From: Bacilli bacterium
GTDB lineage: Bacteria > Bacillota_I > Bacilli_A > RF39 > UBA660
Direction of reading: 5' to 3'
NCBI GenBank assembly: GCA_900769695.1
Contig: CAAGHO010000018.1
Span: 52,790 to 116,789 of the forward strand
DNA length: 64,000 nucleotides
The translations under genes were made by a program, and so were the position numbers. The number at the start of each line of letters is the position of its first letter. The stretch's first letter is position 1. The notes beneath the pieces are model-generated. The model worked only from the letters and a program-made list of their open reading frames with translations. It was not told the origin of the DNA and made no database searches. This document shows, piece after piece, positions 1-8,594 of the stretch.

Positions 1-423
1 ATCACATATGCATCTTTCAGCATTATATATTTTAATTGGATTATTAAACATATTATTAATTTCAATAATTCCAATATCATAGTATTTATCTGCAACATAA
101 TGTACTTTATAATTACTTAATACTCTTTTCTTACTATTAACTGTTATTTCTATTTCTTCTGGTAATTCTTTAATTAAACCTAGCATACTTAGCGCTGTCT
201 TATATGAATATATGGAATCAGGATATTTTTTTTGAAAAACATATTCATCATCAACTAACAAATTACTATCTATGTATAATCCATGAGAAACTTTTTTTAT
301 TAAACCATTATCAACATATTTTTTTATTAATGGTTTACTAATATTTAGTTTTAAAAAATCTGATGTAGATATGTATCCACGATTAGCATCTAAAAACTGT
401 TTAATTTTATTTTCATTAGTCAT
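1..423 (-). CDS. AbiEi-like antitoxin/transcriptional regulator (type IV TA AbiE family), partial; 3' end lies beyond the window start
   Basis: Reverse-strand translation from ATG at 423..421 gives MKVNGDSMTNENKIKQFLDANRGYISTSDFLKLNISKPLIKKYVDNGLIKKVSHGLYI..., matching the AbiEi_4 N-terminal pattern (G.I.T..fl.l.is...l.k.v..G.l.kv..G.Y). Not in the ORF track because it runs off the window edge. Confidence 0.5.
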   Translation of the reverse strand, partial: MTNENKIKQFLDANRGYISTSDFLKLNISKPLIKKYVDNGLIKKVSHGLYIDSNLLVDDEYVFQKKYPDSIYSYKTALSMLGLIKELPEEIEITVNSKKRVLSNYKVHYVADKYYDIGIIEINNMFNNPIKIYNAERCICD

Positions 424-721
424 AGAATCGCCATTTACTTTCATAACAATATTATATCATTTTATTATATTTGAGTAAACTAATTTTACATAATAAAAAT
501 AATAAATTTTTGCTAACTGTCAGCGACTATTTTTATAGGTCTTAGGGATACTCCCTAACAAGCGTTAATGGGTGTGTCAACACCATGCTTGATTTATTGT
601 ACAAGACTACTAAGTAACCTCTGGTAAGGTTGAAATTTTTTGTTGATTTTATGCATACAAAAAAATATATAACTTCCATTTTTTTAATCATAAATTCATA
701 ATTTCAGCATCAAAAAAAGAA

Positions 722-3007
722 TTATTTTTGTAACGATTCTTTTAACATTTTTAATAATTCTTTTTTATTAATTCTTTTATTAATTTCATTCTTTGTAATT
801 TTATTACATATAAATTCAATATCTTTTTTATTCATATTATCAGCTTTATCAATCACAACTTCTAACATTGTTGGCTCTATATAATTTCTTATTTCAGAAT
901 TATTAAAACCTATAAAAGAATGATTTCTACTTTTTAGATTTACAAATTCAATAATAAATTTTTTTGCATCTAATAATAAATCTGCTATTTCTTCTAATAC
1001 GCTTTTAATTTCTTTTTGTTTTTCTTTTTCATCAAAAATTATGGATATTGATTCAAAATATTTTAGAAAATTTTCTATAGAAAACTCGTTATCAAAATCT
1101 TTATAAGTTTGAATAATAGATTTTTTATAATGATTAAATAAAATTAATTTCAAATGATTATCTTGTTTAATAATATGTTTAGATAAATATACAATGTGAG
1201 AATAATATTCATCCATTTTATGACGCATCATACTCGAATTTTCATTAAATTTACTAATATAAATTGCAGAAACTTTTAATGTTTTATCAAATAATTCATA
1301 ATATTCATCTTTTATGTTTTGATCATCAATTGTATTACAAATTATTGAAGATATCTGTAATAAAAATGTACAAATTTCAGATACATCAGTATCGCAAGTA
1401 ATATAATATCTTTTATTATGTAAATCAATAAGCCAATTCATAACATCCTTATCATTTATAAAATCTAATAATCTTCTAAAGTCATTTTCAGAAATAATTT
1501 CCATATTTACAAACCTGCCATCAGGTGAAATATTAGAGTTATAAAAGCTTCTAAAAACAGATAATATTGATAATGGTTCAAGTGAATTTAGTATGTAGTT
1601 TAAATATGGTCGTGCCCCATTGTATTCAACTATTAATCTACGACTATTATAAAATGCCTCTAAGTCTAATTTCAATGTTTTAAATATTTCATCTAAGTAA
1701 ATACTTCTGTATTCATAATTATTAAACAATACACCAGCAAATCCAATTGTTAGAAGTCCCTGAATATTTCTATAATTCATTAATGATTTATTTTGTAATG
1801 ATTCAATAGATAATTGATACATGCTATCACAAAATTGTTTATCAACTAATTCATTAAAGTACTTACCATTATTTATAAATAATTGTCTAAACATTTCTAT
1901 AGTTTGAAACAACATATTTTCGTTATTAAATTTTACAATATCATTTATCATTTTTAGGTAATAAATGAAAATGATTTTTATAGTTAATTCTAGATTATTA
2001 TTATTCATATACCTATTATCTTTTCCTGCAATTAATAATTGTTTATACATTCTTTCAATTGTACCCATGTTATCTCTATTTTTTTGTTCTAATGCTAGTT
2101 TAGTATAATCATCAAGATATTCTAGCAAATGATTTTCTATAAAAGTATCATTAGATGGATTGGGCATGACTTCACTTAATAAGGGCACAGAATAATCATT
2201 AAATTTATTTTTTCTTATATCTAATCGATATTTAGTTATTTCATACAAAGTATCCATACTTTGGACAAATATAATAGGATCATTAAAAGATTTTCGTGCT
2301 ATCATATTTATGCATTGTATATATGATAAAAACGTATAATTCATTTTATCTATAAATTGTAATTCCGATGATTGTTTATTATTATATTTTTTCTCATATT
2401 CACTATGATATTTTCCTAATTTTTCTCCTATATCATATAAATATTTAACCCTAATTTTTAATTCTTTTAATATATTTGTTTTATTCATATTATTCGAAAT
2501 TCTAAATAATTCTACTCCAAACATAAATAATATACAGATTAATGAAAAATAATAAAATGATATAAATAATGAAATATTTTGTTCAAATATACTAACATTA
2601 GGTATTAATAGAAATAGTACTGAAATTAAGCAAATATATCCATATTCTATGTAAGTATCTAATTTATCTATAAACGTTTTTTGAAATATTGAATTCATAT
2701 ATTCATCTAATGATTGTTTTTTAAAAGTTTTAAGTGTAAATATTAATCCACTTAATCCTATTAAACCAATGCCTGTATTTGTATAAAGATTTGTATAATT
2801 AATTTTTAATGTATTGAAGTCATATACTGGTAAATAATTAAGTAATTGTAATAAATCAATTAAATGTGGAGTTAAAATTGATAACACTATAGATAACAGA
2901 ATACATTCGACATATAATATTGAATTTTTATAATTCAAAAAAATTAATTTTTTAAAGGTATAGTATGATTTAAGTTTCAATTTTAAAAAGTCAATTTTTT
3001 TAGACAT
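722..3007 (-). CDS. Large membrane-anchored protein of unknown function (about 4 N-terminal TM helices, then about 590 aa N/Y/K-rich helical cytoplasmic domain)
   Basis: 761-aa ORF; hydrophobic segments in residues about 28-170; no P-loop or other recognisable catalytic motif; lies between a truncated amidase fragment and the AbiEi gene. Confidence 0.5.
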   Translation of the reverse strand: MSKKIDFLKLKLKSYYTFKKLIFLNYKNSILYVECILLSIVLSILTPHLIDLLQLLNYLPVYDFNTLKINYTNLYTNTGIGLIGLSGLIFTLKTFKKQSLDEYMNSIFQKTFIDKLDTYIEYGYICLISVLFLLIPNVSIFEQNISLFISFYYFSLICILFMFGVELFRISNNMNKTNILKELKIRVKYLYDIGEKLGKYHSEYEKKYNNKQSSELQFIDKMNYTFLSYIQCINMIARKSFNDPIIFVQSMDTLYEITKYRLDIRKNKFNDYSVPLLSEVMPNPSNDTFIENHLLEYLDDYTKLALEQKNRDNMGTIERMYKQLLIAGKDNRYMNNNNLELTIKIIFIYYLKMINDIVKFNNENMLFQTIEMFRQLFINNGKYFNELVDKQFCDSMYQLSIESLQNKSLMNYRNIQGLLTIGFAGVLFNNYEYRSIYLDEIFKTLKLDLEAFYNSRRLIVEYNGARPYLNYILNSLEPLSILSVFRSFYNSNISPDGRFVNMEIISENDFRRLLDFINDKDVMNWLIDLHNKRYYITCDTDVSEICTFLLQISSIICNTIDDQNIKDEYYELFDKTLKVSAIYISKFNENSSMMRHKMDEYYSHIVYLSKHIIKQDNHLKLILFNHYKKSIIQTYKDFDNEFSIENFLKYFESISIIFDEKEKQKEIKSVLEEIADLLLDAKKFIIEFVNLKSRNHSFIGFNNSEIRNYIEPTMLEVVIDKADNMNKKDIEFICNKITKNEINKRINKKELLKMLKESLQK

Positions 3008-3091
3008 TTTTCATCACCTAATATAATTTTAACATAATTTCATTAATATATAAAAACAGCACTAACTTTTTCAAAAATTAGTGCTAAATTT

Positions 3092-3442
3092 TTAATAATA
3101 TTTTTCTAATTTTAATGGATTTCTACCAGTAATTTTTAGATTATATCTTATGTTTAATATTTTTTCTATAGATGGTAATATTACATCAATATCACATCTA
3201 CAATTAAAAATATCTACTGCAGAATTGATATGATTATATAATTTACTATCATCTAAGCAACTTCTTGAATAACTATTTGCAATATAAAATGCTACTGCAT
3301 CTGGTATTACATATCTAATCATATACTCTTCAAAATTATCATAGAAAGGTAAATACTTTTCTTGAAATTCTTTATCTGATATATTTCCTTCATCCATTAA
3401 TTCTTTATCCTTTGTGTAACTCATATTATAACTAATCTCCAT
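3092..3442 (-). CDS. Hypothetical protein (116 aa)
   Basis: ORF with several Cys (CRCD); no recognisable family. Confidence 0.35.
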   Translation of the reverse strand: MEISYNMSYTKDKELMDEGNISDKEFQEKYLPFYDNFEEYMIRYVIPDAVAFYIANSYSRSCLDDSKLYNHINSAVDIFNCRCDIDVILPSIEKILNIRYNLKITGRNPLKLEKYY

Positions 3443-3462
3443 TTCTTACTATATTTTTGGCT

Positions 3463-3783
3463 TTAATCGTTATACATAGTCGTTACACAATGATTATTGC
3501 CTCCTCCCGCATTTATGTGATTAGACACAAGTATAACATCTTCATCTCTACCATATAATTGATCTACTTTAGCAATTCTTTCATTTTTAGGTAAAGAAAC
3601 ATCCTCTGTCCTCGTCATCTTTGCAGGTATACCAAGCTGATTTAACCTATTAAATATATACTCAGCTGCTTGTAAAGTAAAATCTTTCTCCAAAATATTT
3701 CCATTAACTGCTCCACTATCAACGCCACCGTGACCAGCATCTACAATAACTCTCACGTTATCATTTCTAAACATTTTAATCAC
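3463..3783 (-). pseudogene. N-acetylmuramoyl-L-alanine amidase (Amidase_3/CwlD-like) fragment, probable gene remnant
   Basis: VIVDAGHGGVDSGA ... VILVSNHINAGGG match the Amidase_3 His motifs, but the ORF is only 106 aa. It lacks a signal peptide and the C-terminal third of the domain; compare the intact paralogue at 18511..19167. Confidence 0.45.
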
Positions 3784-3830
3784 CTATACTAATATATGAA
3801 AAAAGAACATTTCTGTTCTTTTTAATTACT

Positions 3831-4535
3831 TTATTTTAATTCTTCATCTAATTTTTTTACTACACCATACAACACTTTAGCAATTTTTTCACTACTATCT
3901 TTCAAAAAGGCCTCATAATCAACTACATTATTATCGTTAGGAGCATCAGATATACTTCTAAGAACTATAAAGGGAATATGTGACAAATAACAAACCTGGG
4001 CAATTGAAGCCCCTTCCATTTCCACACACAAAGCATTAAACTTATTATTTATCTTCTTTGCCATATTATATTCTGTACAAAATATATCACCTGATGCTAT
4101 TACACCACTACTAATTTTTATATTTTCTTTATCTAAAACTCTTTTCGTAACATCCATCAAATACTCATCACATTTTATATATGTTCCAACATTAGGAATG
4201 TACCCCTTTTCATGATTAAAGGCAGTTATATCAAAATCATGCTGTACTAATTCACATCCAATAACAATATCACCAATTTTTAAACTATTACTTACTCCAC
4301 CAGCAACACCAACATTAAATATATAGTCAACACCAATATTATCTATTAATATCTGACAGCTTCTAGCAGCATTAACCTTTCCAACTCCACTTTCTAACAT
4401 TATACACTTAACATTTCCTATCATTGCCTCATAAAACGTTAAATCAAAGATAGAATATTCTTTATCTATTTTCACATCTTTTAGTAATTCATCTAATTCC
4501 TCTTTCATTGCAAAAATTATTCCAACACGCTTCAT
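3831..4535 (-). CDS. mtnN: 5'-methylthioadenosine/S-adenosylhomocysteine nucleosidase
   Basis: GIIFAMKEE, SGVGKVNAA, VGVAGG, EMEGASIAQVC and VLRSISD motifs, colinear with E. coli Pfs. Confidence 0.85.
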   Translation of the reverse strand: MKRVGIIFAMKEELDELLKDVKIDKEYSIFDLTFYEAMIGNVKCIMLESGVGKVNAARSCQILIDNIGVDYIFNVGVAGGVSNSLKIGDIVIGCELVQHDFDITAFNHEKGYIPNVGTYIKCDEYLMDVTKRVLDKENIKISSGVIASGDIFCTEYNMAKKINNKFNALCVEMEGASIAQVCYLSHIPFIVLRSISDAPNDNNVVDYEAFLKDSSEKIAKVLYGVVKKLDEELK

Positions 4536-4690
4536 AAACTACCTCCATCAAAACTAATACCAATATTTTAATATATCCCCAAGTAGCTGTCAAATTATGG
4601 TAATTTAAATCATTTTTCACTAAGGTTATTGCACCAAAAATAATTATGTGATAATATTAAATTACAAATAATAATAGAAGGAGAGAAATA

Positions 4691-5251
4691 ATGAGAAACG
4701 AAACTAAAAGAAATGGTATAATCATTGGAGCATTATTAGTAACAATCGCTTTAATGACAATTGGTTATGCAGCATTAGCTACACAATTAACAATTAATGG
4801 TACTGCTAGTACAGGAGATGCAAGTTGGGATATTTCTTTCTTATCAATAACTAAGAATACTGCTTTATCTACTACAGATGCAGTAGAAGTTGAAGAACCA
4901 ACTGCAAGTGGTACAGCAGCAACATTTAATGTTAAATTACCTGCACCAGGATCAAAAATGGTATATGACTTAGTAGTTCAAAATACTGGTACTATTGATG
5001 CTACATTTAATGAGATTTCTGGAGTTGACGAATTAAATAAAGCTGCTCCAACTCAAATCACTTACAAAGTTGATCGTTTAGACAGTGAAAATGGTTCAGT
5101 TGTTCAAGGTACTGGTGATTTATTAAATACTACTGGTAAAAACTATTTCAGAGTAACTATTGAATGGCCAGCTACATCTACTGAAGTTCCTACAGAAACA
5201 ACTTCAAAAACAGGTACTATTTACTTAAATTACGAACAAAAAGTAAGCTAA
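4691..5251 (+). CDS. Secreted Thr-rich protein with N-terminal signal-anchor, possible SipW substrate (TasA/camelysin-like)
   Basis: N-terminal KRNGIIIGALLVTIALMTIGYAALATQLTINGTAS hydrophobic signal; first gene of a + strand cluster ending with a SipW-type peptidase; RBS AGGAGAG upstream. Confidence 0.4.
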   Translation: MRNETKRNGIIIGALLVTIALMTIGYAALATQLTINGTASTGDASWDISFLSITKNTALSTTDAVEVEEPTASGTAATFNVKLPAPGSKMVYDLVVQNTGTIDATFNEISGVDELNKAAPTQITYKVDRLDSENGSVVQGTGDLLNTTGKNYFRVTIEWPATSTEVPTETTSKTGTIYLNYEQKVS

Positions 5252-5258
5252 TTAATAG

Positions 5259-6170
5259 GTGATTATAATGAAAAGAAAAAAGAATAAGATAAGTATTTAT
5301 ATGCTATTAGGAATTGTATATACAGTTCTTATATTAACTATAAGCACGGCTTATTCTTTTTTTAATGAAGATTTATCAATAAATGCTACTGTAAGCCTTG
5401 TAAAACAAGAAAAAAATTATAAAGTGGATATTACTGAAACATCAAAAAATTCATATAATAATTTAGTATATTATGAATATAACATTGTTATTACTTATTT
5501 AGGTACAGAAACAACAACAGGATGGGAAGCATATATAAAAGTTCCATATACAGTCCAAGTAGAAGGATGTTACAACGGTATTTGTTCAGTAAATGGAGAG
5601 GTTCTAACCGTTAAAAATGCAGAATACAATGCTTCTTTATCTCCTAATAATACTTCAACATCTTTCAATTTAAAACTAGCTATGGAAGAAAATGATTATT
5701 CACTAGATGTATTAGATGTCCTATTCAAAACAAACAGTATAACTCCAGATCCAGATCCAAATCCGGATCCAGACCCTGACCCTAAACCTGACCCTGATCC
5801 TGATCCTAATCCAGGACCTAGTGTCGACTACATTACAGCAACATATGAAATGAAAAACGATTGGGGAACGCGACAATGGCATGTTCTAAATATTGAAAAT
5901 ACATCAACCACAGAAACCATAACATCATGGACAGTTACTTTTAAAGTAACAAGTACTGAAACAATGAATAACGCTAACATCTGGGGTGGAGATTACAAAT
6001 ATGATGAAGAAAATGGTATTATTACTGTAACTGGTCCTAGTTGGTCACCTACACTACCACCTTCTGGAAAAGTAGAAGTTAATTTACAAATATCACCACC
6101 TGCACCAGAAGCAATATCATTTGTTGGAATCACTTCATCAGGAGAGAAAGTAACTGCGACTATAAAATAA
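5259..6170 (+). CDS. Secreted protein with SipW-cognate-type signal peptide, (PD)n linker and C-terminal CBM2-like beta-sandwich domain
   Basis: Signal ...ILTISTAYSFFNEDL resembles the SipW-cognate class GT.AyF.D; PDPDPNPDPDPDPKPDPDPDPNPGP linker. The C-terminus ATYEMKNDWGTRQWHVLNIENTS..TSWTVTFKV..NIWGG..ITVTGPSWSPTLPPSGKVEVNLQIS follows the CBM2/CBM3-like pattern (W..G....v.v.N.....W.v.f....W......tv...w...l..g..v.f.f). Confidence 0.5.
   Translation: MIIMKRKKNKISIYMLLGIVYTVLILTISTAYSFFNEDLSINATVSLVKQEKNYKVDITETSKNSYNNLVYYEYNIVITYLGTETTTGWEAYIKVPYTVQVEGCYNGICSVNGEVLTVKNAEYNASLSPNNTSTSFNLKLAMEENDYSLDVLDVLFKTNSITPDPDPNPDPDPDPKPDPDPDPNPGPSVDYITATYEMKNDWGTRQWHVLNIENTSTTETITSWTVTFKVTSTETMNNANIWGGDYKYDEENGIITVTGPSWSPTLPPSGKVEVNLQISPPAPEAISFVGITSSGEKVTATIK
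5747..5816 (+). repeat. Tandem hexanucleotide (CCNGAY)n repeat encoding the PD-repeat linker
   Basis: ccagatccagatccaaatccggatccagaccctgaccctaaacctgaccctgatcctgatcctaatcca read directly; coding, not CRISPR. Confidence 0.8.
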
Positions 6171-6188
6171 AAATATGGAGGATATAAT

Positions 6189-7373
6189 ATGAGAAAATTC
6201 AATAAAAAGATAATTCCTATCTATTGTTTACTAATCATATATATAGTATTTTCTACCTTCTATGGATATAGAGGCTATGCCAATATTATGATAAATATTA
6301 TTAATCCATTGTTTTATATAACCACATTTATTATTTTACTTTTTCTTTCTAATAGTGATAATAAACAAAGAGTAAAAGCAAAAACAAATAAATATCAACT
6401 ACTCTTTATTATAGTTATAACCTACCTAATTATATATGTCTTTGCTGGACTGTTTTTAGGTTATGTTAAGAGTATATATTCACATTCATTACTAGGTATT
6501 ATTAAAAATATATGGAATTACATCATTCCAATCGTATTTATTGAATTAATAAGAAATATAGTTATAAGAAATTCTGGAAATAATAAACTAATATTTATTT
6601 TGATATCACTACTTTTCACATTAATAGATATTGACTTATTTAATATAATTAACATAACTGATAAAACAGAGATATTCAAACTTACATTTTCAACAATAAT
6701 ACCAACAGTAGTTGAAAATTTCACTCTTACATATATAACTATGACATCTGGATATATCGCTAATTTAATATATCTACTTCCCCAAGAATTAACAAACATT
6801 ATTTTGCCAATATTTCCTGATTTAGATTGGTACTTTTCAAGTCTATTTGGTATTTTATTACCAACAATTTGCTTTATTGTTATAAAGTATTTAGATGATA
6901 GAATAGAAGCCATAAAACCTAAATCACGTTTAAAAAAAGAAAAACCAATTAGATTAATTATATTTATAAGTCCTCTTATTTTATTTGCACTTTTTGTTGC
7001 CGGAATATTTAAATATAAACCAACAGCCATAGTATCAAATAGTATGTATCCCATATATCAAAGGGGAGATGTTGTCATTATTGAAAAAGTTAATACAAAA
7101 AACATTAAAAAGCTGAAAAAATATGATATAATAGAATATAAGTTAGATAATATCATAGTCGCTCATAGAATCATATATATAGAAAAACATAATGATGGTA
7201 CAGTATTATATATAACTAAGGGTGATAATAATAACATTGTAGATAAAGAAAAAGTTACACAAAAACAAGTAAATGGAATCGTTAAATTTAAAGTTCCTAA
7301 AGTAGGATATCCAAGTGTTTGGTTAAACGATTTCTTTAATAAGAAAGAAGTAAGTATAGAAACCGGAAAATAA
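6189..7373 (+). CDS. Fusion of an 8-TM polytopic membrane domain with a C-terminal SipW-type (ER-type, Ser/His) signal peptidase I domain
   Basis: The C-terminal 120 aa IVSNSMYPIYQRGDVVIIEKV..IVAHRIIYIEK..YITKGDNNNIVD..VNGIVKFKVPKVGY align motif-by-motif with B. subtilis SipW (VLSGSMEP..GD, THRVI, KGDNN, IPYLGY). The N-terminal 270 aa are highly hydrophobic with about 8 predicted TM segments. Confidence 0.7.
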   Translation: MRKFNKKIIPIYCLLIIYIVFSTFYGYRGYANIMINIINPLFYITTFIILLFLSNSDNKQRVKAKTNKYQLLFIIVITYLIIYVFAGLFLGYVKSIYSHSLLGIIKNIWNYIIPIVFIELIRNIVIRNSGNNKLIFILISLLFTLIDIDLFNIINITDKTEIFKLTFSTIIPTVVENFTLTYITMTSGYIANLIYLLPQELTNIILPIFPDLDWYFSSLFGILLPTICFIVIKYLDDRIEAIKPKSRLKKEKPIRLIIFISPLILFALFVAGIFKYKPTAIVSNSMYPIYQRGDVVIIEKVNTKNIKKLKKYDIIEYKLDNIIVAHRIIYIEKHNDGTVLYITKGDNNNIVDKEKVTQKQVNGIVKFKVPKVGYPSVWLNDFFNKKEVSIETGK

Positions 7374-7380
7374 ATATAGA

Positions 7381-8463
7381 TTGGAGGTAAAATTTTCTAT
7401 GGACCAAAATATTAGAAAACGGCCTAAATTAAAATTATGGGTTCGTTTAATATTAAGCATCATCATTATCATTGGTATATTTTTACCTCTTTTCGAAATT
7501 TCTATTCATTCAATAAAGGTAAATAATTCAAATACAAATGATATCATATATACCTATAGAGTTGATAAAAACTTAAACTATAAAGTTCAATTATATGAAA
7601 ATAACTTCACTGACAACACTGAAATGGAAGCTAATAAAGTTTATATATCTGATTTAGTAAAAAATATTAAAACAAATTTTAGTTATGTATATTCTGGTAC
7701 AAATAAAACTAAATTAAAGTATACTTATAATATAAAAGTAAAACTTACTGGTGAAAGTCAATCTAATCAAACAACTGGAACTAATGATGTAGTTTGGGAA
7801 AAAGATTATACTTTATTAGATAATGTTCAAAAAAATACTGACTCAAATGGATTTGCAATAAACGAAATTTTAAATATTGACTATCCAAAATATAAAGAAG
7901 AGGTATTAAACTTTAGAAAAAAATTTGGAATGGCATTAACTACAAAATTAAGAATAACAATGACTATCAATGTCAGTGGTAATTATCAAGAAGAAGCTAT
8001 AAAGAAGCAGGATAAAATAATCATGGATATCCCTGTTGGAACACAAGCATTTTCAATAAAAGAAGATTATAAAAAACAAGATGTGAAAGAATTATACAAG
8101 CAAAATAAGAGTATTCAAATAGAAAACAATTCATATACTATCATATGTTTAATTATTACATTTACATCTATCATTCTATTTATTATGACATTTAAAGCTA
8201 TATTTAACATAAAACCTAAAGATGCCTACACAAAAAAACTTGAAAAAATATTAAAAACATATGGGCAAGTAATCGTTGAAGTCAAAACTCAAGTAAAGGA
8301 AAAAGGATATAATATAGTTATAGTTAAAAATTTTGATGAAATGTTAGATCTTGAAGAAGAATTAAGAATTCCTATTATTTTTTATGAAAGCGTTTACAAT
8401 AATGCAGCAGTATTTACAATTGCTCATGAAAACACAATATATAAATATGTATTAAAAGGCTAG
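7381..8463 (+). CDS. Two-TM membrane protein (extracytoplasmic domain between TMs), possibly DUF5305-like SipW-locus accessory protein
   Basis: TM at residues about 20-40 and about 245-265; 8-nt gap after the SipW fusion gene; recognised by locus context only. Confidence 0.35.
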   Translation: MEVKFSMDQNIRKRPKLKLWVRLILSIIIIIGIFLPLFEISIHSIKVNNSNTNDIIYTYRVDKNLNYKVQLYENNFTDNTEMEANKVYISDLVKNIKTNFSYVYSGTNKTKLKYTYNIKVKLTGESQSNQTTGTNDVVWEKDYTLLDNVQKNTDSNGFAINEILNIDYPKYKEEVLNFRKKFGMALTTKLRITMTINVSGNYQEEAIKKQDKIIMDIPVGTQAFSIKEDYKKQDVKELYKQNKSIQIENNSYTIICLIITFTSIILFIMTFKAIFNIKPKDAYTKKLEKILKTYGQVIVEVKTQVKEKGYNIVIVKNFDEMLDLEEELRIPIIFYESVYNNAAVFTIAHENTIYKYVLKG

Positions 8464-8551
8464 AAAAGTCTTTTTTTATTAGCTTGATTTAAAGTAAACC
8501 TTTAGAATCAATTATTATAAAAATACTTTTAATCTAAAAGCCATCAAAAAA

Positions 8552-8590
8552 AAGAATCTAAAAAGTTTATTTTCTTGTAGATTCTTTTTA
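8552..8590. terminator. Bidirectional rho-independent terminator between convergent genes
   Basis: aagaatcta(N17)tagattctt perfect 9-bp stem followed by TTTTTAAT; lies between the stops at 8463 (+) and 8595 (-). Confidence 0.55.
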
Positions 8591-8594
8591 ATTA

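Noticed and set aside
5745-5820. Possible CRISPR-like or short tandem repeat array
   Set aside because: The repeats are 6 nt, contiguous and in frame inside a CDS (PD linker); there are no spacers.
5993-6202. 69-aa minus-strand ORF
   Set aside because: Antisense to the CBM2-like secreted protein gene, which has the clear domain signal.
6518-7054. 178-aa minus-strand ORF
   Set aside because: Antisense to the SipW-fusion gene; hydrophobic low-complexity translation typical of AT-rich antisense frames.
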